Shown one piece after another: positions 48,188 to 61,454 of a stretch of 64,000 nucleotides of DNA. This DNA comes from Escherichia coli. GTDB taxonomy: Bacteria > Pseudomonadota > Gammaproteobacteria > Enterobacterales > Enterobacteriaceae. Every line of letters starts with the position of its first letter. Within the stretch, counting starts at the first letter, position 1. The stretch lies in assembly GCF_036507355.1 (NCBI RefSeq), contig NZ_AP027877.1, one strand, 5' to 3'. The notes beneath the pieces were generated by a model. The model was not told the DNA's origin and searched no databases. It saw only the letters and a program-made list of their open reading frames with translations. Position numbers and translations under genes: made by a program.

Positions 48188-50323
48188 ATGAAATCAATGA
48201 ATATTGCCGCCAGTAGTGAACTGGTATCCCGACTTTCTACTCATCGCCGCGTGGTGGCGTTGGGAGATACTGATTTTACGGACGTCGCGGCAGTCGTCAT
48301 TACCGCTGCGGATAGTCGCAGTGGCATTCTTACGTTGCTTAAGCGCACCGGTTTTCATCTACCGGTGTTTTTGTATTCCGAACATGCTGTTGAATTACCT
48401 GCGGGCGTTACGGCGGTAATCAACGGCAACGAGCAGCATTGGCTGGAGCTGGAATCCGCAGCCTGTCAGTATGAAGAGAATTTGCTGCCACCGTTTTATG
48501 ACACGCTGACACAGTACGTTGAGATGGGCAACAGCACCTTTGCTTGCCCTGGGCATCAACATGGTGCGTTTTTTAAAAAGCATCCTGCCGGACGCCATTT
48601 TTACGATTTCTTTGGTAAGAACGTCTTTCGCGCCGATATGTGTAATGCTGACGTAAAATTGGGCGATCTGCTTATTCATGAAGGATCGGCGAAAGATGCG
48701 CAGAAATTCGCAGCCAAAGTCTTTCATGCCGATAAAACCTATTTTGTGCTGAACGGCACATCGGCAGCGAATAAAGTGGTGACGAATGCGCTGTTAACGC
48801 GTGGCGATCTGGTGCTCTTCGACCGTAACAACCATAAGTCGAATCATCACGGCGCGTTGATTCAGGCGGGGGCGACGCCGGTCTATCTGGAAGCTTCACG
48901 TAACCCGTTTGGTTTCATTGGCGGTATTGATGCGCACTGTTTTAATGAAGAGTATCTGCGCCAGCAAATTCGCGACGTTGCGCCAGAAAAAGCCGACCTG
49001 CCGCGCCCGTTTCGCCTGGCGATTATTCAGCTGGGAACCTATGACGGCACTGTCTATAACGCCCGTCAGGTGATCGATACCATTGGGCATCTGTGTGATT
49101 ACATTCTGTTTGATTCCGCGTGGGTCGGTTATGAACAATTTATCCCGATGATGGCAGATAGCTCGCCGCTGCTGTTAGAACTTAACGAAAACGATCCGGG
49201 GATTTTTGTGACCCAGTCGGTGCACAAACAGCAGGCTGGACTCTCACAGACGTCGCAGATCCATAAAAAAGATAACCATATCCGCGGACAGGCGCGTTTT
49301 TGCCCGCATAAGCGGTTGAATAACGCCTTTATGCTCCATGCTTCTACCAGCCCTTTCTATCCGCTGTTTGCTGCACTGGATGTTAACGCCAAAATTCATG
49401 AAGGGGAGAGTGGGCGTCGGCTGTGGGCTGAGTGCGTTGAGTTGGGTATTGAGTCGCGCAAGGCTATTCTTGCGCGCTGTAAGCTGTTCCGCCCGTTTAT
49501 CCCGCCCGTTGTTGATGGCAAATTGTGGCAGGATTATCCGACATCAGTGTTAGCCAGCGACCGCCGTTTTTTCAGTTTTGAGCCGGGGGCGAAGTGGCAC
49601 GGCTTTGAAGGATATGCCGCGGATCAGTATTTTGTTGATCCGTGCAAGCTGTTACTCACTACACCAGGTATCGATGCCGAAACCGGCGAATATAGCGACT
49701 TTGGCGTTCCGGCGACGATTCTGGCGCACTATCTGCGTGAGAACGGCATTGTGCCGGAGAAGTGCGATCTCAACTCCATTCTGTTCTTATTAACTCCGGC
49801 GGAAAGCCACGAGAAGCTGGCACAACTGGTGGCGATGCTGGCGCAATTTGAACAGCATATTGAGGATGACTCGCCGCTGGTTGAGGTGTTGCCGAGCGTT
49901 TATAACAAATATCCGGTGCGCTATCGCGACTACACCCTGCGCCAGTTGTGTCAGGAGATGCACGATCTGTATGTCAGTTTCGACGTCAAAGACCTACAAA
50001 AAGCGATGTTCCGCCAGCAGAGTTTCCCGTCAGTGGTGATGAACCCCCAGGATGCGCATAGCGCTTATATTCGCGGTGACGTGGAGTTGGTGCGGATTCG
50101 TGATGCCGAAGGGCGAATTGCGGCAGAAGGGGCGTTGCCTTATCCACCTGGCGTGCTTTGCGTGGTACCCGGGGAAGTCTGGGGTGGGGCGGTTCAACGT
50201 TATTTCCTTGCGCTGGAAGAAGGGGTGAATTTGTTGCCGGGATTTTCGCCGGAGCTGCAAGGTGTTTATAGCGAAACCGATGCGGATGGCATGAAACGGT
50301 TGTACGGTTATGTGTTGAAGTAA
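48188..50323 (+). CDS. speC: Ornithine decarboxylase, constitutive (start at MKSMNIAASS)
   Basis: 711 aa; matches recalled SpeC sequence; synteny with nupG. Confidence 0.93.
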   Translation: MKSMNIAASSELVSRLSTHRRVVALGDTDFTDVAAVVITAADSRSGILTLLKRTGFHLPVFLYSEHAVELPAGVTAVINGNEQHWLELESAACQYEENLLPPFYDTLTQYVEMGNSTFACPGHQHGAFFKKHPAGRHFYDFFGKNVFRADMCNADVKLGDLLIHEGSAKDAQKFAAKVFHADKTYFVLNGTSAANKVVTNALLTRGDLVLFDRNNHKSNHHGALIQAGATPVYLEASRNPFGFIGGIDAHCFNEEYLRQQIRDVAPEKADLPRPFRLAIIQLGTYDGTVYNARQVIDTIGHLCDYILFDSAWVGYEQFIPMMADSSPLLLELNENDPGIFVTQSVHKQQAGLSQTSQIHKKDNHIRGQARFCPHKRLNNAFMLHASTSPFYPLFAALDVNAKIHEGESGRRLWAECVELGIESRKAILARCKLFRPFIPPVVDGKLWQDYPTSVLASDRRFFSFEPGAKWHGFEGYAADQYFVDPCKLLLTTPGIDAETGEYSDFGVPATILAHYLRENGIVPEKCDLNSILFLLTPAESHEKLAQLVAMLAQFEQHIEDDSPLVEVLPSVYNKYPVRYRDYTLRQLCQEMHDLYVSFDVKDLQKAMFRQQSFPSVVMNPQDAHSAYIRGDVELVRIRDAEGRIAAEGALPYPPGVLCVVPGEVWGGAVQRYFLALEEGVNLLPGFSPELQGVYSETDADGMKRLYGYVLK

Positions 50324-50326
50324 GAA

Positions 50327-50366
50327 TAAAAAAAACGGGTCACCTTCTGGCGACCCGTTTTTCTTT
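50327..50366. terminator. Bidirectional rho-independent terminator between convergent speC and nupG
   Basis: A-run, acgggtc-...-gacccgt stem, then T-run. Confidence 0.55.
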
Positions 50367-50372
50367 GCGTAA

Positions 50373-51629
50373 TTAGTGGCTAACCGTCTGTGTACCTGTC
50401 GGGACACGAACGTGTTTATATTTGAACATCGCCATGAACGCGAAGGCCAGAACCACGGAGTAACCAGCGAAAATCAACCATACGGTCTGCCAGTCGGTAA
50501 TGCCGTTTTGGGTGTACATCTCAACCACTTTACCGCTCACGATGCCCCCGAGGATACAGCCGAAGCCGTTGGTCATCATCAGGAACATCCCTTGCGCACT
50601 GGCGCGAATAGCCGGGCTAACTTCTTTTTCGACAAACACCGAACCAGAGATGTTGAAGAAGTCGAACGCACAGCCGTAAACAATCATCGACAGAACCAGC
50701 AGTACGGTGCCGAACGGAGTCGGGTCGCCGTAAGCAAACAGCGCAAAACGCAGGATCCACGCCACGATACTGATCATCATTACGTTCTTAATGCCGTAGC
50801 GGCTTAAGAAGAACGGGATGGTCAGAATGAACAGGGTTTCAGAGATCTGCGAAATCGACATGATGATTGACGCATGCTGCACAATAAAGCTGCTGGCAAA
50901 CATCGGATCTTTGTCGAAGCTGTGCAGGAAGGTATTACCGAACATGTTGGTAATCTGCAGTTCCGCGCCCAGCAGCATTGAGAAGATGAAGAAGATTGCC
51001 ATACGCTTGTTTTTAAACAGCGCGAATGCATCGAGGCCCAGTAGGGTTGTCCAGCTCTGATTCGCTTGCTGTTTAGCAACAGGAATATGCGGCAGAGTCA
51101 GGGTAAACAGAACCAGAATGGCGGAAAGTGCTGCGCCAATATACAGCTGCATGTGGCTTAATTCGAAGCCAGACAGGCTCACCACCCACATTGCCATGAT
51201 AAAGCCGATGGTGCCCCAGATACGGATTGGCGGGAAGTCAGTAACGATATCCATCCCGGCATTTTGCAGGCGATAGTAAGAGATGGTGTTGATTAACCCA
51301 AGCGTTGGCATATAAGCAAACGAGTTAATCAATATCACAAGGAACATCGCTTCCGGCGTCGTGACCTGTGCCGCCATGAACAGCGTGATAGCGCCAATGG
51401 TGTGGCAAATGGCATATACCCATTTCGCACTTAACCATTTGTCGGCCACAATCCCCAGCAGCGCAGGCATAAAGACCGCGGCGATACCCAGTGAACTATA
51501 AACTGCGCCAATAGAAGCACCGTCAAACTTCAGGGTAACAAACATATAGGAGCCGAGGGTCGTCAGCCAACTTCCCCACAGACAGAACTGCAGAAAAGAG
51601 AGGATTTTCAGCTGCAGCTTAAGATTCAT
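50373..51629 (-). CDS. nupG: Nucleoside permease NupG (MFS), start at MNLKLQLKIL
   Basis: 418-aa MFS transporter matching recalled NupG. Confidence 0.92.
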   Translation of the reverse strand: MNLKLQLKILSFLQFCLWGSWLTTLGSYMFVTLKFDGASIGAVYSSLGIAAVFMPALLGIVADKWLSAKWVYAICHTIGAITLFMAAQVTTPEAMFLVILINSFAYMPTLGLINTISYYRLQNAGMDIVTDFPPIRIWGTIGFIMAMWVVSLSGFELSHMQLYIGAALSAILVLFTLTLPHIPVAKQQANQSWTTLLGLDAFALFKNKRMAIFFIFSMLLGAELQITNMFGNTFLHSFDKDPMFASSFIVQHASIIMSISQISETLFILTIPFFLSRYGIKNVMMISIVAWILRFALFAYGDPTPFGTVLLVLSMIVYGCAFDFFNISGSVFVEKEVSPAIRASAQGMFLMMTNGFGCILGGIVSGKVVEMYTQNGITDWQTVWLIFAGYSVVLAFAFMAMFKYKHVRVPTGTQTVSH

Positions 51630-51830
51630 GTTAATTTCCTCACATCGTGATGCGGATGAGTGTTTGAAAAAGCACATTTGACCGTGCGAGATGATGGGAT
51701 TCTATCAACTTCGCGGACTGGTTTTTTGTTACCTGTGGCAAATAATTGCAAACATTCCTAATTTGCAAAACGAAATTGTGATATGGATAACATTTTTGCC
51801 CCTGAGCATCGTCAGGGGCGGTTAGTGGAA

Positions 51831-52937
<1,107 letters not shown>

Positions 52938-52974
52938 TTATGCAAGCTGCCGGAGGCGTGCTCCGGCACTGTTT

Positions 52975-53253
<279 letters not shown>

Positions 53254-53277
53254 TCATCCTCTTTATCGACTCACGCG

Positions 53278-54330
53278 CTAAACCGGCGCGCCAGTGCGTA
53301 ACTGCTGTAACAAACGCTCCACGGGAGCCGCCAGGCCAACTGACGGCGGTTGCGCTAAGTTATACCAGAGCGCATTGCTTTCATCCATGCAGCCGGTGAA
53401 TGACGACACGGGAAGCCACATAGGCACAATATCTAAGTGGAAATGGCTGAAGGTATGCCGAAACGCGGTCAGCTGCGTCAGGTTATCGGCAGCAATCTGC
53501 CGTTGCGCCAGCCACTGCCGCAAACTTTCTTCGTCGGCAAACTGCGGGAAACAGTATAAACCGCCCCACAATCCGCTCGGCGGACGCTGCGCCAGCAATA
53601 CTTCATCTTCGTGCTGTAACAGGAGAAAGTAGCCGGTGCGCTCCGGCAGCGTCTGTTTCGGTTTTTTGCCCGGATAAAGCGACCAGCTATTGTTGGTGGC
53701 GGCAATACACCCGTTTTGTAGCGGACAGAGCGAACATTTCGGCTTCGAACGCGTGCAAATCATCGCACCCAAATCCATCATCGCCTGATTAAACCGTTCC
53801 ACGCCGACTGCGGGCGTCACCTGCTCGCTTAAACTCCATAATTTATTCTCGACCTCTTTTTTCCCAGGCCAGCCGCTTACAGCATAGCAGCGCGCCAGCA
53901 CCCGTTTGACGTTACCGTCGAGAATCGGAAAGTGCTTACCCAGAGAAAGCGAGAGAATCGCGCCTGCGGTGGAACGCCCGACGCCCGGCAGTGCTGCAAC
54001 TTCCTCAAAGGTTTCCGGGAATTTACCGCCGTGTAAGGTCGCCACTTGTTGTGCCGCTTTATGCAGATTGCGCGCGCGGGCGTAATAGCCAAGCCCGGTC
54101 CACAAGTGGAGAACTTCGTCGAGCGGCGCATTGGCGAGATCGGTCACCGTCGGGAAGCGCGCCATAAAGCGTTCAAAATAGGGGATAACGGTCGCAACCT
54201 GAGTTTGTTGCAACATCACTTCTGAGAGCCATACTTTGTAGGGCGTCTTGTCAATTTGCCAGGGCAGAGTTTTTCGCCCGTATTTATCGTACCAGTCCAG
54301 AACCTGGGCTGAAAATTGCGACGCTTGCAT
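53278..54330 (-). CDS. mutY: Adenine DNA glycosylase MutY (start at [14 protein letters not shown])
   Basis: HhH-GPD motifs and a C-terminal Cys cluster ([17 protein letters not shown]); 350 aa. Confidence 0.9.
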   Translation of the reverse strand: MQASQFSAQVLDWYDKYGRKTLPWQIDKTPYKVWLSEVMLQQTQVATVIPYFERFMARFPTVTDLANAPLDEVLHLWTGLGYYARARNLHKAAQQVATLHGGKFPETFEEVAALPGVGRSTAGAILSLSLGKHFPILDGNVKRVLARCYAVSGWPGKKEVENKLWSLSEQVTPAVGVERFNQAMMDLGAMICTRSKPKCSLCPLQNGCIAATNNSWSLYPGKKPKQTLPERTGYFLLLQHEDEVLLAQRPPSGLWGGLYCFPQFADEESLRQWLAQRQIAADNLTQLTAFRHTFSHFHLDIVPMWLPVSSFTGCMDESNALWYNLAQPPSVGLAAPVERLLQQLRTGAPV

Positions 54331-54490
54331 GGTCACCGAATTCACTGTTGTTGGGGGCAAGATTGCAGCACAGCGACGGCAGGGTGTAAACCGGAACTTT
54401 CCGCAGCCACGGCCTTATCATGCTTGCATCCGGCAACTAACTTTGGATAATGCCCGTTTTCAGAACACTTTCACAAGCGACTAAATCTTT

Positions 54491-55210
54491 ATGAAAAACG
54501 ACGTCATTTCACCGGAATTTGATGAAAACGGCCGCCCACTGCGCCGTATCCGTAGTTTTGTGCGCCGCCAGGGGCGACTGACCAAAGGCCAGGAACATGC
54601 GCTGGAAAACTACTGGCCGGTGATGGGCGTTGAGTTCAGCGAAGATATGCTGGATTTCCCCGCGCTTTTTGGCCGTGAAGCGCCGGTGACGCTTGAGATT
54701 GGTTTTGGCATGGGGGCGTCGCTGGTGGCAATGGCTAAAGATCGCCCCGAGCAGGACTTCCTCGGCATTGAAGTGCATTCACCGGGCGTTGGTGCGTGCC
54801 TGGCTTCTGCGCATGAAGAGGGCTTAAGCAACCTGCGCGTGATGTGTCACGATGCGGTTGAAGTGCTGCATAAAATGATTCCTGACAATTCATTGCGCAT
54901 GGTGCAGCTCTTTTTCCCTGACCCGTGGCACAAAGCGCGCCATAATAAACGCCGTATCGTTCAGGTGCCGTTTGCCGAACTGGTAAAAAGCAAACTGCAG
55001 CTGGGGGGCGTATTCCATATGGCGACCGACTGGGAACCTTATGCGGAACATATGCTTGAAGTGATGTCTTCTATTGACGGTTATAAAAACCTGTCAGAGA
55101 GCAATGATTACGTACCGCGTCCGGCATCACGTCCGGTGACGAAATTTGAACAACGTGGTCATCGTCTTGGTCACGGAGTATGGGACTTAATGTTCGAGAG
55201 GGTGAAATAA
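54491..55210 (+). CDS. trmB: tRNA (guanine46-N7)-methyltransferase TrmB
   Basis: 239 aa; SAM-MTase motifs (LEIGFGMG); synteny. Confidence 0.92.
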   Translation: MKNDVISPEFDENGRPLRRIRSFVRRQGRLTKGQEHALENYWPVMGVEFSEDMLDFPALFGREAPVTLEIGFGMGASLVAMAKDRPEQDFLGIEVHSPGVGACLASAHEEGLSNLRVMCHDAVEVLHKMIPDNSLRMVQLFFPDPWHKARHNKRRIVQVPFAELVKSKLQLGGVFHMATDWEPYAEHMLEVMSSIDGYKNLSESNDYVPRPASRPVTKFEQRGHRLGHGVWDLMFERVK

Positions 55211-55536
55211 TGGCAAAGAACCGTAGCCGTCGTCTGCGTAAAAAAATGCACATCGACGAATTCCAGGAATTAGGATTTTCGGTGGCATGGCGATTCCCGG
55301 AAGGTACATCGGAAGAACAGATTGATAAAACCGTTGATGATTTTATTAACGAGGTTATCGAACCGAACAAACTGGCCTTTGACGGCAGCGGTTATCTGGC
55401 CTGGGAAGGTCTGATCTGCATGCAGGAAATCGGCAAATGCACCGAAGAACATCAGGCGATTGTGCGTAAGTGGCTGGAAGAGCGCAAACTGGATGAGGTA
55501 CGCACCAGCGAACTTTTCGACGTTTGGTGGGACTAA
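55210..55536 (+). CDS. yggL: DUF469 protein YggL (start at [12 protein letters not shown])
   Basis: 108 aa; overlaps the trmB stop. Confidence 0.88.
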   Translation: MAKNRSRRLRKKMHIDEFQELGFSVAWRFPEGTSEEQIDKTVDDFINEVIEPNKLAFDGSGYLAWEGLICMQEIGKCTEEHQAIVRKWLEERKLDEVRTSELFDVWWD

Positions 55537-55564
55537 GAAAGCATACGGGCGATGACAAATGCAA

Positions 55565-55650
55565 AACTGCCTGATGCGCTACGCTTATCAGGCCTACAAA
55601 GATGCACGATCGAGTAGGCGGGATAAGGCGTTTACGCCGCATCCGGCATG
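55565..55650. repeat. REP/BIME palindromic elements
   Basis: gcctgatgcgctacgcttatcaggcctac and gtaggcgggataaggcgtttacgccgcatccggca are typical E. coli REP sequences. Confidence 0.6.
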
Positions 55651-55719
55651 GAAAACGCGTACTTTGTTATCAATCTGGGGCCAGCAAATGCTGGCCTGAT
55701 TTGTTCTTGAGGGAAGACT

Positions 55720-56439
55720 ATGATGCGCAAAATGCTGCTGGCGGCAGCACTTTCAGTGACGGCAATTACCGCTCACGCCGACTACCAGTGCAGCGTCACG
55801 CCGCGTGACGATGTGATTGTCAGCCCGCAAACCGTGCAGGTGAAGGGCGAAAACGGCAATCTGGTGATCACGCCAGACGGCAACGTGATGTATAACGGTA
55901 AGCAATATTCCCTGAATGCTGCCCAGCGCGAGCAGGCGAAGGATTATCAGGCTGAACTACGCAGCACGCTGCCGTGGATTGATGAAGGCGCGAAAAGCCG
56001 CGTCGAAAAAGCCCGTATTGCTCTGGATAAAATTATCGTTCAGGAGATGGGCGAAAGCAGCAAAATGCGCAGCCGTCTGACCAAACTTGATGCGCAGCTG
56101 AAAGAGCAGATGAACCGCATTATCGAAACGCGCAGCGATGGCCTGACGTTCCACTATAAAGCCATTGATCAAGTTCGCGCTGAAGGCCAGCAATTAGTGA
56201 ATCAGGCAATGGGCGGAATTTTACAGGACAGCATTAATGAAATGGGCGCGAAAGCGGTGCTGAAAAGCGGCGGCAACCCATTACAGAATGTGCTGGGAAG
56301 TCTGGGCGGTCTGCAATCCTCAATCCAAACCGAGTGGAAAAAGCAGGAAAAAGATTTCCAGCAGTTTGGCAAAGATGTTTGTAGCCGCGTTGTGACTCTG
56401 GAAGATAGCCGCAAAGCCCTGGTCGGGAATTTAAAATAA
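55720..56439 (+). CDS. yggN: DUF2884 periplasmic protein YggN
   Basis: 239 aa with signal peptide; synteny between yggL and ansB. Confidence 0.85.
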   Translation: MMRKMLLAAALSVTAITAHADYQCSVTPRDDVIVSPQTVQVKGENGNLVITPDGNVMYNGKQYSLNAAQREQAKDYQAELRSTLPWIDEGAKSRVEKARIALDKIIVQEMGESSKMRSRLTKLDAQLKEQMNRIIETRSDGLTFHYKAIDQVRAEGQQLVNQAMGGILQDSINEMGAKAVLKSGGNPLQNVLGSLGGLQSSIQTEWKKQEKDFQQFGKDVCSRVVTLEDSRKALVGNLK

Positions 56440-56614
56440 TCCTCTATTTTAAGACGGCATAATACTTTTTTATGCCGTTTAATTCTTCGTTTTGTTACCT
56501 GCCTCTAACTTTGTAGATCTCCAAAATATATTCACGTTGTAAATTGTTTAACGTCAAATTTCCCATACAAAGCTAATGGATAATACGTAGCGTTCACGTA
56601 ACTGGAGGAATGAA

Positions 56615-57661
56615 ATGGAGTTTTTCAAAAAGACGGCACTTGCCGCACTGGTTATGGGTTTTAGTGGTGCAGCATTGGCATTACCCAATATCACCATTTT
56701 AGCAACCGGCGGGACCATTGCCGGTGGTGGTGACTCCGCAACCAAATCTAACTACACAGCGGGTAAAGTTGGCGTAGAAAATCTGGTTAATGCGGTGCCG
56801 CAACTGAAGGACATTGCGAACGTTAAAGGCGAGCAGGTAGTGAATATCGGCTCCCAGGACATGAACGATGATGTCTGGCTGACACTGGCGAAAAAAATTA
56901 ACACCGACTGCGATAAAACCGACGGCTTCGTCATTACTCACGGTACCGACACGATGGAAGAAACCGCTTACTTCCTCGACCTGACGGTGAAATGCGACAA
57001 ACCGGTGGTGATGGTCGGCGCAATGCGCCCGTCCACGTCCATGAGCGCAGACGGTCCATTCAACCTGTATAACGCGGTAGTGACCGCAGCTGATAAAGCC
57101 TCCGCTAATCGTGGCGTGCTGGTGGTGATGAACGACACCGTACTGGACGGTCGCGATGTCACCAAAACCAACACCACCGACGTAGCGACCTTCAAGTCTG
57201 TTAACTACGGTCCTCTGGGTTACATTCACAACGGTAAGATTGACTACCAACGTACCCCGACACGTAAGCACACCAGCGACACGCCGTTCGATGTCTCTAA
57301 GCTGAATGAACTGCCGAAAGTCGGCATTGTTTATAACTACGCTAACGCATCCGATCTTCCGGCTAAAGCACTGGTAGATGCGGGCTATGATGGCATCGTT
57401 AGCGCTGGTGTGGGTAACGGCAACCTGTATAAAACCGTATTTGACACTCTGGCGACCGCCGCGAAAAACGGCACTGCAGTCGTGCGTTCTTCCCGCGTAC
57501 CGACGGGCGCTACCACTCAGGATGCCGAAGTGGATGATGCGAAATACGGTTTTATTGCCTCTGGTACGTTGAACCCGCAAAAAGCGCGCGTCCTGCTGCA
57601 ACTGGCTCTGACGCAAACCAAAGATCCGCAGCAGATCCAGCAGATCTTCAATCAGTACTAA
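56615..57661 (+). CDS. ansB: L-asparaginase II (periplasmic)
   Basis: 348 aa; signal peptide and TGGTIAG active-site motif. Confidence 0.95.
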   Translation: MEFFKKTALAALVMGFSGAALALPNITILATGGTIAGGGDSATKSNYTAGKVGVENLVNAVPQLKDIANVKGEQVVNIGSQDMNDDVWLTLAKKINTDCDKTDGFVITHGTDTMEETAYFLDLTVKCDKPVVMVGAMRPSTSMSADGPFNLYNAVVTAADKASANRGVLVVMNDTVLDGRDVTKTNTTDVATFKSVNYGPLGYIHNGKIDYQRTPTRKHTSDTPFDVSKLNELPKVGIVYNYANASDLPAKALVDAGYDGIVSAGVGNGNLYKTVFDTLATAAKNGTAVVRSSRVPTGATTQDAEVDDAKYGFIASGTLNPQKARVLLQLALTQTKDPQQIQQIFNQY

Positions 57662-57666
57662 TTACC

Positions 57667-57696
57667 TCGCCCCGGTATCGTGCCGGGGCTTTTTCA
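57667..57696 (+). terminator. Rho-independent terminator after ansB
   Basis: gccccgg...ccggggc stem followed by ttttt. Confidence 0.6.
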
Positions 57697-57777
57697 CTTC
57701 AGACTTACGTCCATTGCCAATTTTCATTACCCTGATGATAATCACCGGAATAAATTATTCCGCGCGAGGGTTTTCGG

Positions 57778-58785
57778 GTGAAAAAGCAATGGATTGTTGG
57801 CACGGCGCTGCTTGTGTTGATGACTGGTAATGTCTGGGCAGATGGCGAACCGCCAACTGAAAATATCTTAAAAGATCAATTCAAAAAGCAGTATCACGGC
57901 ATTCTCAAGCTTGATGCCATCACCTTAAAAAATCTTGATGCTAAGGGTAATCAGGCCACCTGGTCAGCGGAAGGCGATGTCTCTTCCAGTGACGATCTCT
58001 ATACCTGGGTCGGTCAGTTGGCAGATTACGAACTGCTCGAACAGACCTGGACGAAAGATAAACCGGTAAAATTCTCGGCGATGTTAACCAGTAAAGGAAC
58101 GCCCGCGTCTGGCTGGTCGGTGAACTTTTACTCTTTTCAGGCGGCAGCCAGCGATCGTGGGCGGGTGGTCGACGATATCAAAACGAATAATAAATATCTG
58201 ATCGTGAATAGCGAAGATTTCAATTATCGCTTTAGTCAGCTTGAGACTGCGTTGAATACCCAGAAGAACTCGATTCCTGCGCTGGAAAAGGAAGTGAAAG
58301 CGCTTGATAAGCAAATGGTGGCGGCGCAGAAAGCAGCGGATGCATATTGGGGAAAAGATGCAAATGGTAAGCAAATGACCCGCGAAGACGCCTTTAAAAA
58401 AATTCACCAACAGCGTGATGAGTTTAATAAACAGAACGATAGCGAGGCGTTCGCGGTTAAATATGACAAAGAGGTTTATCAACCGGCGATTGCGGCATGT
58501 CATAAACAGAGTGAAGAGTGTTATGAAGTGCCGATTCAGCAGAAACGAGATTTCGATATCAACGAACAACGGCGACAGACTTTTCTGCAATCACAAAAAC
58601 TTAGCCGTAAATTGCAGGATGACTGGGTAACGCTCGAAAAAGGGCAATATCCATTAACGATGAAAGTTTCAGAAATAAACAGTAAAAAAGTCGCGATTTT
58701 GATGAAGATTGACGATATCAACCAGGCTAATGAACGCTGGAAAAAAGATACCGAACAACTGCGTAGCAATGGGGTGATTAAGTAA
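57778..58785 (+). CDS. yggM: DUF1202 periplasmic protein YggM
   Basis: 335 aa with signal peptide; synteny. Confidence 0.85.
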   Translation: MKKQWIVGTALLVLMTGNVWADGEPPTENILKDQFKKQYHGILKLDAITLKNLDAKGNQATWSAEGDVSSSDDLYTWVGQLADYELLEQTWTKDKPVKFSAMLTSKGTPASGWSVNFYSFQAAASDRGRVVDDIKTNNKYLIVNSEDFNYRFSQLETALNTQKNSIPALEKEVKALDKQMVAAQKAADAYWGKDANGKQMTREDAFKKIHQQRDEFNKQNDSEAFAVKYDKEVYQPAIAACHKQSEECYEVPIQQKRDFDINEQRRQTFLQSQKLSRKLQDDWVTLEKGQYPLTMKVSEINSKKVAILMKIDDINQANERWKKDTEQLRSNGVIK

Positions 58786-58808
58786 TTTTTGCGATAACGC
58801 ATGAGTTG

Positions 58809-58845
58809 TGGCCGGATGCTGCGTACACGCACGCCGCATCCGGCA
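58809..58845. repeat. REP-like palindrome
   Basis: ggccggatgc...gcatccggc palindrome between convergent yggM and hemW. Confidence 0.45.
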
Positions 58846-58853
58846 ATACAAGT

Positions 58854-59990
58854 TTACTCAGCCAGAAAAAGCTCCAGCAGCGAATTTAAAAACAGCTTCC
58901 CATGTTCCGTTATCTGCCAGTAATCCGCACACTCAGTGAGATAACCCTGAGCGATAGCCTCTTCTAACTGTGGGCGAATAACTTCTTCAGAAAGGCCAGT
59001 ATACTGGCTAAACTCCATGCGCGGCGCGGCCTCCAGCAGACGGAAGCGATTCATAAAGAACTCAAACGGCTTATCTGCGGCTTCGACATCACGCTGGCTT
59101 TCCAGATACCTTCCTTGCATAAAACCACGCGGATGACGCGTTTTGGTGGTACGCAGAATGCGCCCATCCGGGAAGGTCACTTTGCCGTGCGCGCCGCAGC
59201 CAATACCGATGTAGTCACCAAAGCGCCAGTAGTTGAGATTGTGCTGGCACTGATAACCGGGTTTGGCGTAAGCGGAAGTTTCATATTGCTGATAACCCGC
59301 TGCGGTTAATAACTGATGCCCCTGTTCGAATATATCCCACAACGCGTCATCGTCCGGCAGTACAGGAGGGCGCGAGCCAAACAGCGTATTGGGTTCGATG
59401 GTCAGTTGATACCAGGAAAGATGCGGCGGATTCAGTTCAATGGCCTGGCGTAGATCGCCAAGCGCCTCTTCCAGTGATTGATCCGGCAGCCCATGCATCA
59501 AATCAAGGTTAAAGCTACGTAACCCTAAACCGCTCGCCAGCTTCGCCGCGCGTTTCGCTTCTTGCGGGCCATGAATACGCCCAAGTCGTTTCAGCTTTTC
59601 TTCGCTAAAACTCTGCACACCAATAGAGATGCGGTTCACACCGGCACGCTGATAATCAACAAAGCGATCCGCTTCTACCGTACCGGGGTTCGCTTCCATG
59701 GTAATTTCTGCATCCGCTGCCAGCGGCAAACGCGCACGCACGCCGTCCAGCAGCGTTTGCATCGCCGGGCCGGAAAGCAGGCTCGGCGTACCACCGCCAA
59801 TAAAGATTGTCTTTACTTCACGGCCCTGAGCGTAAGCCACATCGTTGTCCAGATCGTTAAGCAGATGCTGAACATAATCGTCGTGCGGCACTTCTCCTTT
59901 CAACGCGTGAGAGTTGAAATCGCAGTACGGGCATTTCTGCACACACCACGGGATGTGAATGTAGAGACTCAGCGGCGGTAATTTAACCAT
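58854..59990 (-). CDS. hemW: Heme chaperone HemW (radical-SAM family, formerly YggW)
   Basis: CxxxCxxC radical-SAM motif ([10 protein letters not shown]) near the N-terminus; 378 aa. Confidence 0.9.
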   Translation of the reverse strand: MVKLPPLSLYIHIPWCVQKCPYCDFNSHALKGEVPHDDYVQHLLNDLDNDVAYAQGREVKTIFIGGGTPSLLSGPAMQTLLDGVRARLPLAADAEITMEANPGTVEADRFVDYQRAGVNRISIGVQSFSEEKLKRLGRIHGPQEAKRAAKLASGLGLRSFNLDLMHGLPDQSLEEALGDLRQAIELNPPHLSWYQLTIEPNTLFGSRPPVLPDDDALWDIFEQGHQLLTAAGYQQYETSAYAKPGYQCQHNLNYWRFGDYIGIGCGAHGKVTFPDGRILRTTKTRHPRGFMQGRYLESQRDVEAADKPFEFFMNRFRLLEAAPRMEFSQYTGLSEEVIRPQLEEAIAQGYLTECADYWQITEHGKLFLNSLLELFLAE

Positions 59991-60576
59991 TACGTAAAGC
60001 GTCCAGCAGCAGTTTCAATGCCTGACCACGGTGGGAAATGGCGCTCTTTTCTTCGCGGGTCAGTTCGGCAGCGGTTTTCCCTTCGGAAGGTACGAAGAAG
60101 ATTGGATCATAACCAAAGCCGCCAGTACCCGCTGGTTCACGAGTAATCATGCCCGGCCAACTACCGTGGCACACGAGCGGAGTCGGATCTTCCGCGTGAC
60201 GCAGATATACCAGCACGCAGTGGAAACGCGCCTGACGTTGGTCGTCCGGTACGTCTTTCAGTGTTTCCAGCAGTTTTTGCAGATTCTTTTGATCGGTCGC
60301 GTCTTCACCGGAATAACGCGCGGAGTAAATCCCCGGTGCACCGCCAAGTACATCTACCGCCAGACCGGAGTCGTCGGCAATTGCCGGTAAACCGGTCACT
60401 TTTGCCGCATGGCGCGCTTTCAGAATCGCGTTTTCGATAAAGGTCAGGCCGGTTTCTTCAGCGGAATCTACGCCGAGGTCTGTTTGGGCCACGATATCAA
60501 GACCGAAGTCGCTAAGCAGCGACGCCAGCTCACGCACTTTACCGGCATTGCCGGTTGCGAGGACAACTTTTTGCAT
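59983..60576 (-). CDS. rdgB: dITP/XTP pyrophosphatase RdgB
   Basis: 197 aa, [16 protein letters not shown]... Ham1-family motifs; overlaps the hemW start. Confidence 0.92.
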   Translation of the reverse strand: MQKVVLATGNAGKVRELASLLSDFGLDIVAQTDLGVDSAEETGLTFIENAILKARHAAKVTGLPAIADDSGLAVDVLGGAPGIYSARYSGEDATDQKNLQKLLETLKDVPDDQRQARFHCVLVYLRHAEDPTPLVCHGSWPGMITREPAGTGGFGYDPIFFVPSEGKTAAELTREEKSAISHRGQALKLLLDALRNG

Positions 60577-60583
60577 AGGATAC

Positions 60584-60874
60584 CTAATTAATTAACGCCG
60601 CGATTTCTGGCGGGATTTGTTGCGGATTAATGATTTTAATTTGTTTGTGGCGGCCAAGTTCGCCTTTTTCAATCACCACCTGGCTTTTGGCAACCCGGAA
60701 TTGCTTACCGAGAAACTTCACCAGATGGCTGTTGGCCTGACCGTCAACCGGCGGCGCGGTAATGGCGACTTTTACCTCGTCGCCATGTAAACCGACAATA
60801 GAATCACGGCTGGCTTTCGGCTGAATATAGAGCCGTAAAACCAGACCGTCATCGTTAACTGTTACGGCACTCAT
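60584..60874 (-). CDS. yggU: DUF167 protein YggU (start at [10 protein letters not shown])
   Basis: About 96 aa; synteny yggS-yggT-yggU-rdgB. Confidence 0.85.
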
Positions 60875-61437
60875 AACGCCATCCACAGCCCCGGCAGCAG
60901 CATATTTCCGGTCGCCTGTAATACTTCTGCGACACCCATATTGATGACATACAGCAGCAGAACGAGGATCATCGGCGAGAAATCAATCCCACCCATTGCC
61001 GGTAGCAGGCGGCGAATCGGGCGCAGCAGCGGATCGGCCAGCTGAATCAGCACGTATTCAATCGGGCTACGACCCTGGCTTACCCAGCTCATAATCGCCA
61101 TCACCAGCAGGACCCAGAAAATCAGCAGGCCGATGGTTTTCAGCAGAATCAGTAAACCGGCAATCCAGATGATTGGCAGGAAGGTCACCACTTTAAACAG
61201 CACGATGGCTTTGATAAAACTGAGAATATAGGCAACCAGCAGCGAGGCGCTATCAATGGGTCCCATTGCCGGAATAACGCGGCGCAGTGGCCCGATAATT
61301 GGCTGTGTTACCTTCACTACAAACTGTGAGAAGGGGTTGTAAAAATCACAATGAGCCCACTGCATCCAGATGCGTAATAACAGCACCATGGTATACAGCT
61401 CAATGACCGTTGAAAGCAGGAAAGTCAACGTATTCAT
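60871..61437 (-). CDS. yggT: YggT-family integral membrane protein
   Basis: 188-aa hydrophobic protein; overlaps the yggU start. Confidence 0.88.
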
Positions 61438-61454
61438 GGCGTTCCTTTAATTCC